Of a stretch of DNA of 64,000 nt, positions 55,830 to 64,000 are shown piece after piece (the first letter of the stretch is position 1; each line of letters begins with the position of its first letter). Below the pieces are notes generated by a model that ran no database searches, was not told where the DNA came from, and saw only the letters and a list, made by a program, of their open reading frames with translations. Position numbers and translations under genes: made by a program. The stretch is from Bryobacterales bacterium (GTDB taxonomy: Bacteria > Acidobacteriota > Terriglobia > Bryobacterales > UBA6623). The stretch lies in contig JAPPMG010000053.1 of NCBI GenBank assembly GCA_028819215.1, forward strand, positions 30,280 to 94,279, read 5' to 3'.

Positions 55830-57145
55830 GTGACTTCGGCGCGCGCCTTGCTCAGGCGCTCGTCGAGCGGCAGAAATTCCTGCTCGCCTGGCCCGGCATA
55901 GATCTGGCGCGGGCGGGCGATGCGCTTTTCGGGATCCGACATCAGCTCTTCCCAATGGGCCAGCCATCCGGCCACGCGCCCCAGCGCGAACAGTACCGTG
56001 AACATCTCGATCGGGAAGCCCATGGCCTGGTAGATGATGCCCGAGTAAAAATCGACGTTCGGGTAGAGCCGCCGCTTGACGAAGTAGTCGTCCTCGAGAG
56101 CGATCCGCTCAAGTTCTGTCGCAAGATCGATCTTGGGATTCTTGCCGGTGATCTCAAACACTTCCGCCGCAACTTTTTGCAAGATGCGGGCGCGCGGGTC
56201 ATAGTTCTTGTAAACGCGGTGGCCGAATCCCATCAGGCGCCGCTCGCCGGCCTTGACCTGGCGCATGAATTCCGGGATCGCGGAAGCGCTGCCGATCTCG
56301 TCGAGCATCGCCAGCACAGCTTCGTTGGCACCGCCGTGCAGCGGGCCGTAGAGCGCCGAAGCGGCCGCGGCCACTCCCACGAAGGGATCCGCGTCTGCGC
56401 TGGCCACCTGGCGCATCGTCGAAGTGGAGCAGTTCTGTTCGTGCTCGGCGTGCAGGATGAACAGGGTGTCGAGGGCCCGCGCCAGAACCTTCAGGTCATG
56501 CTCATTGGTCTCGCGGCGGGTGCCGCTCCACAGCATGTGGATGAAGTTCTCGGTATAGCTCAGCCCCAAGTCGGGATCCGGATAGGCGTAGCCCTGGCTC
56601 TTGCGGTAGACGTAAGCGGCCACCGTAGGCATCTTGGCCACCAAGCGCAGCTGCTGGCGGAATCGGTTGCTGGGGCTGTCGATCTGCTTGGCGTCCGGAT
56701 AGAAAGTTGACAGGGCTGCCACGGTGCTGACCAACACGCCCATGGGATGGGCGTCGTACAGGAACCCGTCCATGAACTTCTTGACGTTCTCATGGACGCG
56801 GGTATGCTCCATCAGCTCCGTGTCCCACGCTTCCAGCTCGTGGCGCGTGGGCAGATCGCCGTTGAGCAGGAGGTAGGCCACCTCGGTGTAGGTGCAGTTC
56901 TCGGCCAGCTTTTCGATCGGGAAGCCGCGATACCGCAGGATTCCCCTAGCGCCGTCGATGTAGGCGATCCGACTGGTGCAGGCGGCGGTATTGGTGAAGC
57001 CGGGGTCGTAGCTCAGCATGCCGAACTCGCCGGGATCCTGGCGGATCTGGCGCAGTTCAATGGCCCGAACGGACGCGTTGGAGATGGCGAGCTCGTACTC
57101 GCTTCCTGTGCGGGAGTCAGTAATGCTGAGCTTGCCCTCGTCCAA
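55826..57145 (-). CDS. gltA: Citrate synthase
   Basis: GFTNTAACTSRIAYIDGARGILRYRGFPIEKLA, LFILHAEHEQNCSTST, GPLHGGANE, MGFGHRVYKNYDPRA and NVDFYSG are canonical citrate synthase motifs. Confidence 0.95.
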   Translation of the reverse strand: MDEGKLSITDSRTGSEYELAISNASVRAIELRQIRQDPGEFGMLSYDPGFTNTAACTSRIAYIDGARGILRYRGFPIEKLAENCTYTEVAYLLLNGDLPTRHELEAWDTELMEHTRVHENVKKFMDGFLYDAHPMGVLVSTVAALSTFYPDAKQIDSPSNRFRQQLRLVAKMPTVAAYVYRKSQGYAYPDPDLGLSYTENFIHMLWSGTRRETNEHDLKVLARALDTLFILHAEHEQNCSTSTMRQVASADADPFVGVAAAASALYGPLHGGANEAVLAMLDEIGSASAIPEFMRQVKAGERRLMGFGHRVYKNYDPRARILQKVAAEVFEITGKNPKIDLATELERIALEDDYFVKRRLYPNVDFYSGIIYQAMGFPIEMFTVLFALGRVAGWLAHWEELMSDPEKRIARPRQIYAGPGEQEFLPLDERLSKARAEVT

Positions 57146-57267
57146 GACACCCTCCCGTGACGCCCCCGGTGGGGACGCAACGGTTCCCAGAATAACAAAC
57201 CCAAACTGGGAATCCGATAAGACGCTCGGAGGGTCCTGGGACTATACTCTGGGGGGGCTATCGGTCG

Positions 57268-58395
57268 ATGCCAGCAAATTCTCTTACCCGGCGCGGTCTG
57301 ATCCGCACTGCCGCAATCGTGCCGCTCTCCGCGGCCTCCACCACCGCCGCGAACTCCGCGGTCTCGGTCGGGATCATCGGGCTCGGCAGCAGGGGCAGCA
57401 GCCACGCCCGCCACATCGCCGGCCTGCCGCAGGCCCGGCTGGCGTCGGTGGCCGAGATCTCCGACGCTTCCATCGAGAGAGCGAAGCAACGGGTGTCCCT
57501 AGACGGCATTCGCCTGCATAAGGATCTCAACGAGGTGCTTGCCAGCGATGTCGACGCTGTCATCATCGCGACCCCGGTCTACATGCATCCGGAGCACTTC
57601 GAGGCCGCGATCCAAGCCGGCAAGCACATCTACATCGAGAAGCCCGCCGCCGCGGACGTAGAAGGGGCCAAACGGGTGATGCGCCTGGCCGATGCGGCCC
57701 CGCGCCACCTCAACATCACGTTCGGCTTCCAGCAGCGCCACGGCGACGTGTACCACGCGGCGAAGAAGCTGATCGATTCGGGCGAGATCGGCAAGATCAA
57801 CCTAGTCCACTCGCATTTCCTCAAGAGCGGCATGACCGGCAAGGAACCTGTCCGCCCCAAGCCGACCGACCCGGCCGACAGGCTGGCCCAGTGGAAGCGC
57901 TGGCGCGACACCTTCGGCGAGATCATCACCGAGACGTTCTGCCACAACATTGACGCGATGAACTGGTTTGTCGGCGCGCACCCCCTCAAGGCCATCGGCA
58001 CGGGCGGGCGCGCCGTGATGAAATACGGCGACCTGCTAGACCATCTCAACGTCACGTTCGACTATCCCGGCAACATCCAAGCCAACTTGGCTGGCGCGTA
58101 CATGTGCCCGTCGTTCTACCGGGAGGTCTACGAGCGCTACTTCTGCCAGGACGGCGTGGTAGAAACCGCCCGCGGCTACTGGCGGTTTCACAGGGCGCGC
58201 AACGACGTGCTGGAAGAGAAGTCTCCGCACGACATCACGATTGACGCCTTGGAGGAGTTCTTCGGGCGCATCCTTGACGACAAACCCGCTAACACCGGCG
58301 TCCGCGGCGCCGAGAGCACGCTGACCTCCCTATTGGGCGAAATGGCGATCGCACACCGGGCCGAGGTGACGTGGGACCAGATGATGAACGCCTGA
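57268..58395 (+). CDS. Gfo/Idh/MocA-family oxidoreductase with Tat signal peptide
   Basis: MPANSLTRRGLIRTAAIVPLSAASTTAANS, the Rossmann motif VSVGIIGLGSRGSS, and EKPAAAD. Confidence 0.85.
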   Translation: MPANSLTRRGLIRTAAIVPLSAASTTAANSAVSVGIIGLGSRGSSHARHIAGLPQARLASVAEISDASIERAKQRVSLDGIRLHKDLNEVLASDVDAVIIATPVYMHPEHFEAAIQAGKHIYIEKPAAADVEGAKRVMRLADAAPRHLNITFGFQQRHGDVYHAAKKLIDSGEIGKINLVHSHFLKSGMTGKEPVRPKPTDPADRLAQWKRWRDTFGEIITETFCHNIDAMNWFVGAHPLKAIGTGGRAVMKYGDLLDHLNVTFDYPGNIQANLAGAYMCPSFYREVYERYFCQDGVVETARGYWRFHRARNDVLEEKSPHDITIDALEEFFGRILDDKPANTGVRGAESTLTSLLGEMAIAHRAEVTWDQMMNA

Positions 58396-58459
58396 CCAGT
58401 CGCGCCGCGCGGGTCGTATAGTCCCGAATCGTGGCAGGAGAGGGCCCGGGAGAAAAGCA

Positions 58460-59593
58460 ATGATCCGACGACGTGTGGTGCGCGCTGTGCTCGCGGCGCT
58501 GTTTGCGCTGTGTGCCCTGACCGCCTACGAATCAGCCAAGACCGAGGCGCTGATGGCAGACGCCGCCAACCGATTCCTGGAATCGCTCGACCGCATGCAG
58601 CGCATGGGGACGGTGTTTGCGATGGACTCCGAGGAGCGCACCAACTGGCACTACTTCCCCGAGCCTGGATTCACGGACGAGTACGGCTACGTGCGCAACG
58701 GGATCACGTTCAAGGACATGGACCCGAAGCAGCGCCATCTCGCCTACGGCCTGCTCAGCACGGGACTGGGCCGGGCTGGATTCGTCAAGACCATGAACGT
58801 AATGGCGCTCGAGGAGATCGTCCGCGCCATCGAGGACGACCAAACGGGCTACCGCGACACCGAGCGCTTCCACTTCACGTTCTTCGGCGAACCGGGCATG
58901 ACGGGCGACTGGGGCTGGCGGGTCGAGGGGCACCACGTCTCACTCCACTACTTTGTCCGGGACGGCAAGCTGGTGGCGTCGAGCCCGACATTCCTCGGGG
59001 CGAATCCTCATGAGGTCCCGCAGGGATTGCACAAGGGCATGCGGGCGCTCGAGCGCGAAGAGGACATGGCGCGGGCGTTGCTGGTATCGCTCGATGCCGG
59101 CCAGCGCAAGCAGGCGATCTTCGACAAGCAGGCTCCCTACGACATCGTGACGATGGCCGACAAGCGGGCCAAGCTGGACGGCGAGCCGCAGGGCATTGCC
59201 GCGTCGGAACTGAGCCCGAACCAGTATCAAGACCTGCTCGCCCTGATCGGGGAGTACGCCGCGACGATGCCGCCGGAGGTCGCGGCCCGGCGCATGAAGG
59301 CAGCCGCGCAGACGCCCAAGGGCGAGCTCTTCTTCGGCTGGGCGGGGGACATCGACCGGCCGGCCGCAATGCCCATCGAGATCGGCAGCAAGACCACCGA
59401 GAACCGGCATCTGGCCGGCAACTACTACCGCATCCAGTCGCCAACCTTCCTGATCGAATTCGCCAACACACAGAACCAAAGCAACCATAGTCACGCGGTC
59501 TGGCGCGAATTCGAAGGAGACTTCGGATACGACGTACTAGCCGCGCACTACCAAGGCGATGGCCATGGCGCTGAGACAGTGGCGGCGGACTGA
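58460..59593 (+). CDS. Secreted DUF3500-family protein
   Basis: A signal peptide (VLAALFALCALTAYESA). RTNWHYFP, DWGWRVEGHHVSLHYFV, FLGANP and the C-terminal NHSHAVWREFEGDFG match my memory of DUF3500. Confidence 0.65.
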   Translation: MIRRRVVRAVLAALFALCALTAYESAKTEALMADAANRFLESLDRMQRMGTVFAMDSEERTNWHYFPEPGFTDEYGYVRNGITFKDMDPKQRHLAYGLLSTGLGRAGFVKTMNVMALEEIVRAIEDDQTGYRDTERFHFTFFGEPGMTGDWGWRVEGHHVSLHYFVRDGKLVASSPTFLGANPHEVPQGLHKGMRALEREEDMARALLVSLDAGQRKQAIFDKQAPYDIVTMADKRAKLDGEPQGIAASELSPNQYQDLLALIGEYAATMPPEVAARRMKAAAQTPKGELFFGWAGDIDRPAAMPIEIGSKTTENRHLAGNYYRIQSPTFLIEFANTQNQSNHSHAVWREFEGDFGYDVLAAHYQGDGHGAETVAAD

Positions 59594-59775
59594 GCCAACA
59601 GGCCGTGGCGGCTACGCCATTAGGTTCGGCGGATGTCGCCGCACACGTGATTTCGACACTCCGGATCGAACGACGACCAAGGCTCGCGCGACGGCGGGAC
59701 GCCGTCAATCTTGTCGCCAGAGCCGCCGCTTCGGGCGGGCACGCTAGCGGTCACTCGTCGGCAGGGTCTGGGACA

Positions 59776-60612
59776 TCAGTGGCCGCCCCAGGCTCGATGC
59801 ATTTCCGTTGTCGTCAGATCCAAGAACCCCTTGACAATCCACTCCCTTCCCAAGTCAATGAAGTCGAAGGCCCCATTGATCCCCTTGTCGAGGGGGGCTC
59901 CGCGAGCGGTTAAGGTCAGAACGAAGATCGGCGATTGATCTTCCTCCTTCCACGCCGGCGTCAGGGAAACGTGGAGTCTTCCCAACGGGCTACCCGAGTC
60001 ACTCCGAATCACAAATCTCTGCTTGACGCTCCCACCTTCTGGTTCGGGCAAGAAAGAGCGCTGTTGCGCAGTGCACGTTCGAAGGACCCCTTCAATCTCT
60101 CCGTGGCCGCGCCATGCTTCGCAGGGCTCGATGTGGTTTACGTAGGTGATTTCGCATTGGTTGATCGCAACCTTGCCAAGCTTCTCGTCGGTCAGAAACT
60201 CTTGGAACTCCCATACCTCGTGTCGGAAGTTCGTGCGGATGCGCTCATAGCGGGGATAGGGAGTCGAGGTTTTCCCTGTCTTGCGCCATTTGTGAATCAA
60301 TCTGTCTGCCTGAATTTGAATCAGTTCCGTTTTCGATTCGTTCAAGAAGCATACCCGCGGCAGCGGAGGCTTTCCTTCAATCGTCACTTCCTCGGGCCGC
60401 GGCGACGGCGCTTCGAAGGTCTCGCGCGCGGCGCCTAGGGGTTCGCGCTCTTCCACCAGTGGAAATGTGTTGCGGAACCTATGCCACAGCACGCCGACAT
60501 GGGCCAGGCTGAGCCCCGGTAATGGCTGATACTGAAGCGACAAGGCCGTTTCCACCAAGGGTGGATCTCGAAAGTCTGGCAGATCCTTCGGCCTGAACAG
60601 GCGAGTCGTCAT
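59776..60612 (-). CDS. TIGR04255-family conserved hypothetical protein
   Basis: 278 aa. The N-terminal FRDPPLVETALSLQYQPL follows the aPlvEa..elrF opening I associate with TIGR04255. The gene is visibly more A/T-rich than its surroundings. Confidence 0.55.
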   Translation of the reverse strand: MTTRLFRPKDLPDFRDPPLVETALSLQYQPLPGLSLAHVGVLWHRFRNTFPLVEEREPLGAARETFEAPSPRPEEVTIEGKPPLPRVCFLNESKTELIQIQADRLIHKWRKTGKTSTPYPRYERIRTNFRHEVWEFQEFLTDEKLGKVAINQCEITYVNHIEPCEAWRGHGEIEGVLRTCTAQQRSFLPEPEGGSVKQRFVIRSDSGSPLGRLHVSLTPAWKEEDQSPIFVLTLTARGAPLDKGINGAFDFIDLGREWIVKGFLDLTTTEMHRAWGGH

Positions 60613-61583
60613 CGGATCACTTTCGGCCAGATTCGTTCCAGCATATTCGGCTTACGCCCGGTTCAGAAACACATCAAGTCTAAACGATATCGCACGGTTC
60701 TCCTGATAGTTTTTTCACAGCCTCGCGAATTCCGCGGGCTGCCCGGATCGTCGACTCGGCCCGCGGTTCGCCCGTGGGCCTGAATGGATCCTTGACCGTG
60801 CCGAAATGGCCAGGGCTGGGCGACAACATGACTAGAATGGCCGCCGGCGTGTTGTCCATTCCGGATGCTGCCCGTCGATGGCAGTCGCCGCACGGAGCCG
60901 CTGTGTCTGGACGAGCCGGAGCGCTCCCACCCCCCAAGTGCCGTCTTTCCACGGAACTCTCGCCCGTCAAACCGACGTCGTCTCGCTGATCAGCCCAAAC
61001 AACGAGTTTGCCTAGCCAGCGGAGCGAGCCAAGCTGGCCCGGATCATGCCTCCCCCTGCCTGGGGGCGAGCGCAGAAATGGCTTGTCGGTTCGGACAGGG
61101 AGTGATGGTCTAGCTTCAGCATGGACAGGTCTTCGTTCCTATACACGCCTTCTAATCGACTGACTGGCCATGCCATGACGTCGAACATGCCATCTAGGTG
61201 CTCGCTGGGAGTCGCAACACCGTATCGTACCCTCGCCACTCCGGCAGGGGGCCCGGGGATCGGCCAATAGGGCGAAAGGGCTGCGTTCGCCCTTTGCCGT
61301 CAGGCTAGCTGAGTCAATGACTCGCTGTCCCTTATCGCGCTCGGCGGCCGATGGAATCGGTTGCCGATGGCGTCAACGCGCCCGGACTGGCGCACTAGGC
61401 CCGGGGCAGGCGGTTGCGGCACACGGGGCAGCGGCGAGCTCTTGAGCCGGCTTTTCCCGCAGAGGCCGGCTTCACAATGCAATTCGGCTGAATCGTTGGG
61501 AAGCTTGCCAGCTCGACGTGCGAGAATACCGTCGACGATTCTGGAATCGTTGAATCAAGAAAACGTTCGGACCGCACAGAGCC

Positions 61584-62279
61584 ATGAAAGCCCGTCGATT
61601 GCCAGCCTTGCTCCTCGGCCTCCTGATGGCCGCATCGATGGTCAGCGCCGCCGATTGGGAAGACCTCATCACGCCTGGACTGGAAGCATGGGAGTCACTC
61701 GGTGACGGCATCTGGAGGGTCACTGACGACGGCACGCTGGTGGGATACCGGAGGCCAGCGACCGATGCCCTGTTCGGCGAGTCCGAGACGATCACCAGGC
61801 AGCAGTTCGAGGACTGGTTCAGGGTGCAGTCATGGCTGTACACGAAGCAGGAATACGGCGAGTTCGACCTGCATGTCGAGTACTGGATCCGCGTTCCGGG
61901 CAACAGCGGGATCTCGATTCGCGATCCGACGCGCGCAAGCTTCGCCATCGTCCAACCGGCCGACTATGAGAAGACGCCGGCCCACAACGGATACGAGGTG
62001 CAGATCAACGGTTCGAGCGGCTCGCGGAGCCCGAGCGGCAGTCTCTACACCTTCGTCACGGCGACGAACGGCCTCCAGCGGGACGGCCAGTGGAACTCGT
62101 TCGACATCGAGTCGAGGAACGACGGGATCCGGGTCTGGGTCAACGGCGAGATTGCCGCCGAGCACGGCGGCGATCCGGGCAGGCCCAAGATAGGACCGAT
62201 CGGCCTGCAACTCCACGATCAGTTCAATTTCGTCATGTTTCGCAACATTCGCATCCGGGAAGTCGGCCCGTCCCGCTGA
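61584..62279 (+). CDS. Secreted DUF1080 (3-keto-disaccharide hydrolase-like) protein
   Basis: The signal peptide is LPALLLGLLMAASMVSAADWEDL. GDGIWRVTDDGTLVG, EFDLHVEYWIRVPGNSGISIR, WNSFDIESRNDGIRVWVNGE and GPIGLQLHDQFNFVMFRNIRI are present. Confidence 0.8.
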   Translation: MKARRLPALLLGLLMAASMVSAADWEDLITPGLEAWESLGDGIWRVTDDGTLVGYRRPATDALFGESETITRQQFEDWFRVQSWLYTKQEYGEFDLHVEYWIRVPGNSGISIRDPTRASFAIVQPADYEKTPAHNGYEVQINGSSGSRSPSGSLYTFVTATNGLQRDGQWNSFDIESRNDGIRVWVNGEIAAEHGGDPGRPKIGPIGLQLHDQFNFVMFRNIRIREVGPSR

Positions 62280-62280
62280 G

Positions 62281-63696
62281 ATGGCTCGCTTCGTCACGGC
62301 ACTGCTGCTCGCCGCGTCGATCCCCCCTATCCACGCCGCTGACTGGCCGCAGTTCCGCGGGCCCAATGGATCCGGGATTTCGGACGCGGTCAACGTGCCG
62401 GTGGAGTTCGGTGTCGGCAGGAATGTTCTCTGGAAGACGAACCTGCCTCCCGGGCACTCCTCTCCCGTCTTGGCGGGCGACCGCATTTTCGTTACCGGGG
62501 CCGAAGGGGAGAAGCTGCTGACGATGTGCCTGCGCCGTGAAGACGGGCGCGTCATGTGGCGGCGGGAGGTGCCCCGGACCCGGGTCTCTGAGATGAACCG
62601 GCTGAATCATCCGGCTTCTCCCAGCCCGGCCACCGACGGAAGCAACGTCTACGTCTTCTTTGGCGATTTCGGCTTGCTCTCCTACGGCCCTGACGGCAAC
62701 GAGCGCTGGAGGGTGCCATTGGGCCCCTTTGACAATTGGATGGGCATGGCGTCCTCTCCGATCGTTGCCGATGGCAAGGTGGTGCTGGTATGCGACCAAG
62801 ACAGCGATTCCTTCATGGTCGCCGTCGACCGGGACACCGGGGATCTCGTCTGGCGGACGGAGCGGTCCGAGTATACGCGGGGGTTCGCAACGCCGAGCGT
62901 GTATCGGGGGGCCGGCGGCCCGCCGCAGGTGATCGTGCCCGGGGCCTATCAGGTCGGCGGGTATTCGCTCGCCGACGGCGCGAAGCTCTGGTGGGCGCGC
63001 GGGATCGCGTTCGAAGTGAAATCGCTGGCGGTCATGGACAACGGAATGCTCTACGTGCACGGATGGTCCTCGACGGGCAACTCCGTCAACGAGAGGCTGC
63101 CGCCCTACGCCGACGCGCTGTCCAAGCATGATGCCGACGGAGACGGGAGGTTCTCCGAGGGGGAGGCTTTCCTGCCGATGATGCGGGACCGGTTCGGCAG
63201 CTACTTCGATTTCGACCGCGACGGCTACGTCGACGAAGGGGATTGGAACAACACCCAGATGCGGCTGGCCGCCAGGAACGCCTTGCTGGCGATCCGGCTG
63301 GGCGGCAGGGGGGACTTGACCGAATCCGGAATTGTCTGGGCGTACCGCAAGGCGCTCCCCAACGTCCCCTCGCCGCTTCTGTACCGAAACGTTCTCTACC
63401 TGGTGAAGGACGGAGGCATCCTGACCAGCCTGGACCCCGAGAGCGGAGCGGTCTCCAAGCAGGGCCGCCTGCCGGGCGCTCTGGGCCGGTATTGGGCATC
63501 GCCGGTGGCGGCGGACGGGAAAATATACGTTGCCAGCGAGGAGGGACGGGTGACCGTGCTGCGAGCTGGCGCGAAGTGGGACGTCCTGTCCACGAACGAT
63601 CTGGGCGACGACGTGTTCGCCACTCCGGCGATCGAACCGGGCAGGATCTACGTCCGCACTCGTCAGGTCCTGTACTGTTTCGGCGAGAGCAACTAG
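62281..63696 (+). CDS. Secreted PQQ-like (BamB-type) beta-propeller protein with an inserted EF-hand pair
   Basis: The ATG is 1 nt after the DUF1080 stop. The signal peptide is MARFVTALLLAASIPPIHAADWPQFRG. Repeated SSP.v.gd.i.v propeller motifs are present. The EF-hand loops are DADGDGRFSEGE and DFDRDGYVDEGD (63130-63243). Confidence 0.8.
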   Translation: MARFVTALLLAASIPPIHAADWPQFRGPNGSGISDAVNVPVEFGVGRNVLWKTNLPPGHSSPVLAGDRIFVTGAEGEKLLTMCLRREDGRVMWRREVPRTRVSEMNRLNHPASPSPATDGSNVYVFFGDFGLLSYGPDGNERWRVPLGPFDNWMGMASSPIVADGKVVLVCDQDSDSFMVAVDRDTGDLVWRTERSEYTRGFATPSVYRGAGGPPQVIVPGAYQVGGYSLADGAKLWWARGIAFEVKSLAVMDNGMLYVHGWSSTGNSVNERLPPYADALSKHDADGDGRFSEGEAFLPMMRDRFGSYFDFDRDGYVDEGDWNNTQMRLAARNALLAIRLGGRGDLTESGIVWAYRKALPNVPSPLLYRNVLYLVKDGGILTSLDPESGAVSKQGRLPGALGRYWASPVAADGKIYVASEEGRVTVLRAGAKWDVLSTNDLGDDVFATPAIEPGRIYVRTRQVLYCFGESN

Positions 63697-63745
63697 CCCT
63701 GGCCACGAGACTGGCCTGCGGCGTTCATGGGAAAGGAGTCAACTC

Positions 63746-64000
63746 AGATGTCAACAAGCCGCAGACAATTCGTGAAGAAAGCCGTCATCAGTGCCGGCGC
63801 CGCCGCTGCGGCGGCGCGCCGGTCACAAGCTCAAGCCGCCCCTAGCGACACCGTGAATGTCGGAGTCGTTGGATTCCGCAGTCGCGGCCGGTCTCACATT
63901 CGCGAGTTCTTGCGGATGCCCGGCGTCCGGGTTGGCTACCTTTGCGACATCGACGAGCGCCTGTTTCCCGATGCCGTCGCCGAGGTGGAACGGACCGGTG
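63746..64000 (+). CDS. Gfo/Idh/MocA-family oxidoreductase with Tat signal, 5' part (runs off the right edge)
   Basis: Not in the ORF track. Own translation after AAGGAG: MSTSRRQFVKKAVISAGAAAAAARRSQAQAAPSDTVNVGVVGFRSRGRSHIREFLRMPGVRVGYLCDIDERLFPDAVAEVERTG. Confidence 0.8.

Noticed and set aside
60663-61239. Calling the 75-96-aa minus-strand ORFs as genes
   Set aside because: They lack SD sequences, sit in mutually shifted frames and have partly junk-like composition. They are reported only as possible pseudogene debris in the findings.

Overview
GC-rich bacterial chromosome segment, tightly packed with about 55 protein genes and 2 tRNAs. I recognised no rRNA, CRISPR array, transposase or integrase. 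Gene content points to Acidobacteriota as an inference: a TIGR03436-type 'VWFA-related acidobacterial' domain, a PSCyt/PSD1 giant protein, DUF1080 proteins and many Tat-signal Gfo/Idh/MocA oxidoreductases. Housekeeping blocks are accA, grpE-dnaJ, a translationally coupled sufBCDS-sufT(DUF59)-rrf2-apbC operon, gltA, tRNA-Ala(CGC) and tRNA-His(GUG). Accessory content falls into four groups. (i) A small islet at the left edge (1-4100) holds a truncated RHH antitoxin, an unusual methyltransferase/unknown/HNH fusion protein, an orphan HigA-like XRE antitoxin with a possible toxin remnant, and an AAA+/DUF4143 ATPase. (ii) A catabolic island (about 23.4-39.6 kb) holds a LarA-like racemase, a cupin, a split Tm-1-like pair (UPF0261 plus PEP-hydrolase-like TIM barrel), three Tat-signal acid-sugar dehydratase-type enzymes, two esterases (one frameshifted at its nucleophile elbow) and an amino-acid ABC transporter. 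(iii) Several predicted periplasmic modules combine Tat Gfo/Idh/MocA with DUF1080, DUF3500 or an EF-hand PQQ propeller. (iv) A more A/T-rich patch (59.7-61.6 kb) holds a TIGR04255 gene and about 1 kb without convincing genes. The observations most worth follow-up are the MTase-HNH fusion, the Tat-exported dehydratase trio, a tRNA-His gene lacking an encoded G-1 (G1:U72, A73), and an unassignable 262-aa protein coupled to an epimerase. All calls rest on reading the supplied ORF translations and my own translation or folding of selected stretches. No database search was run.
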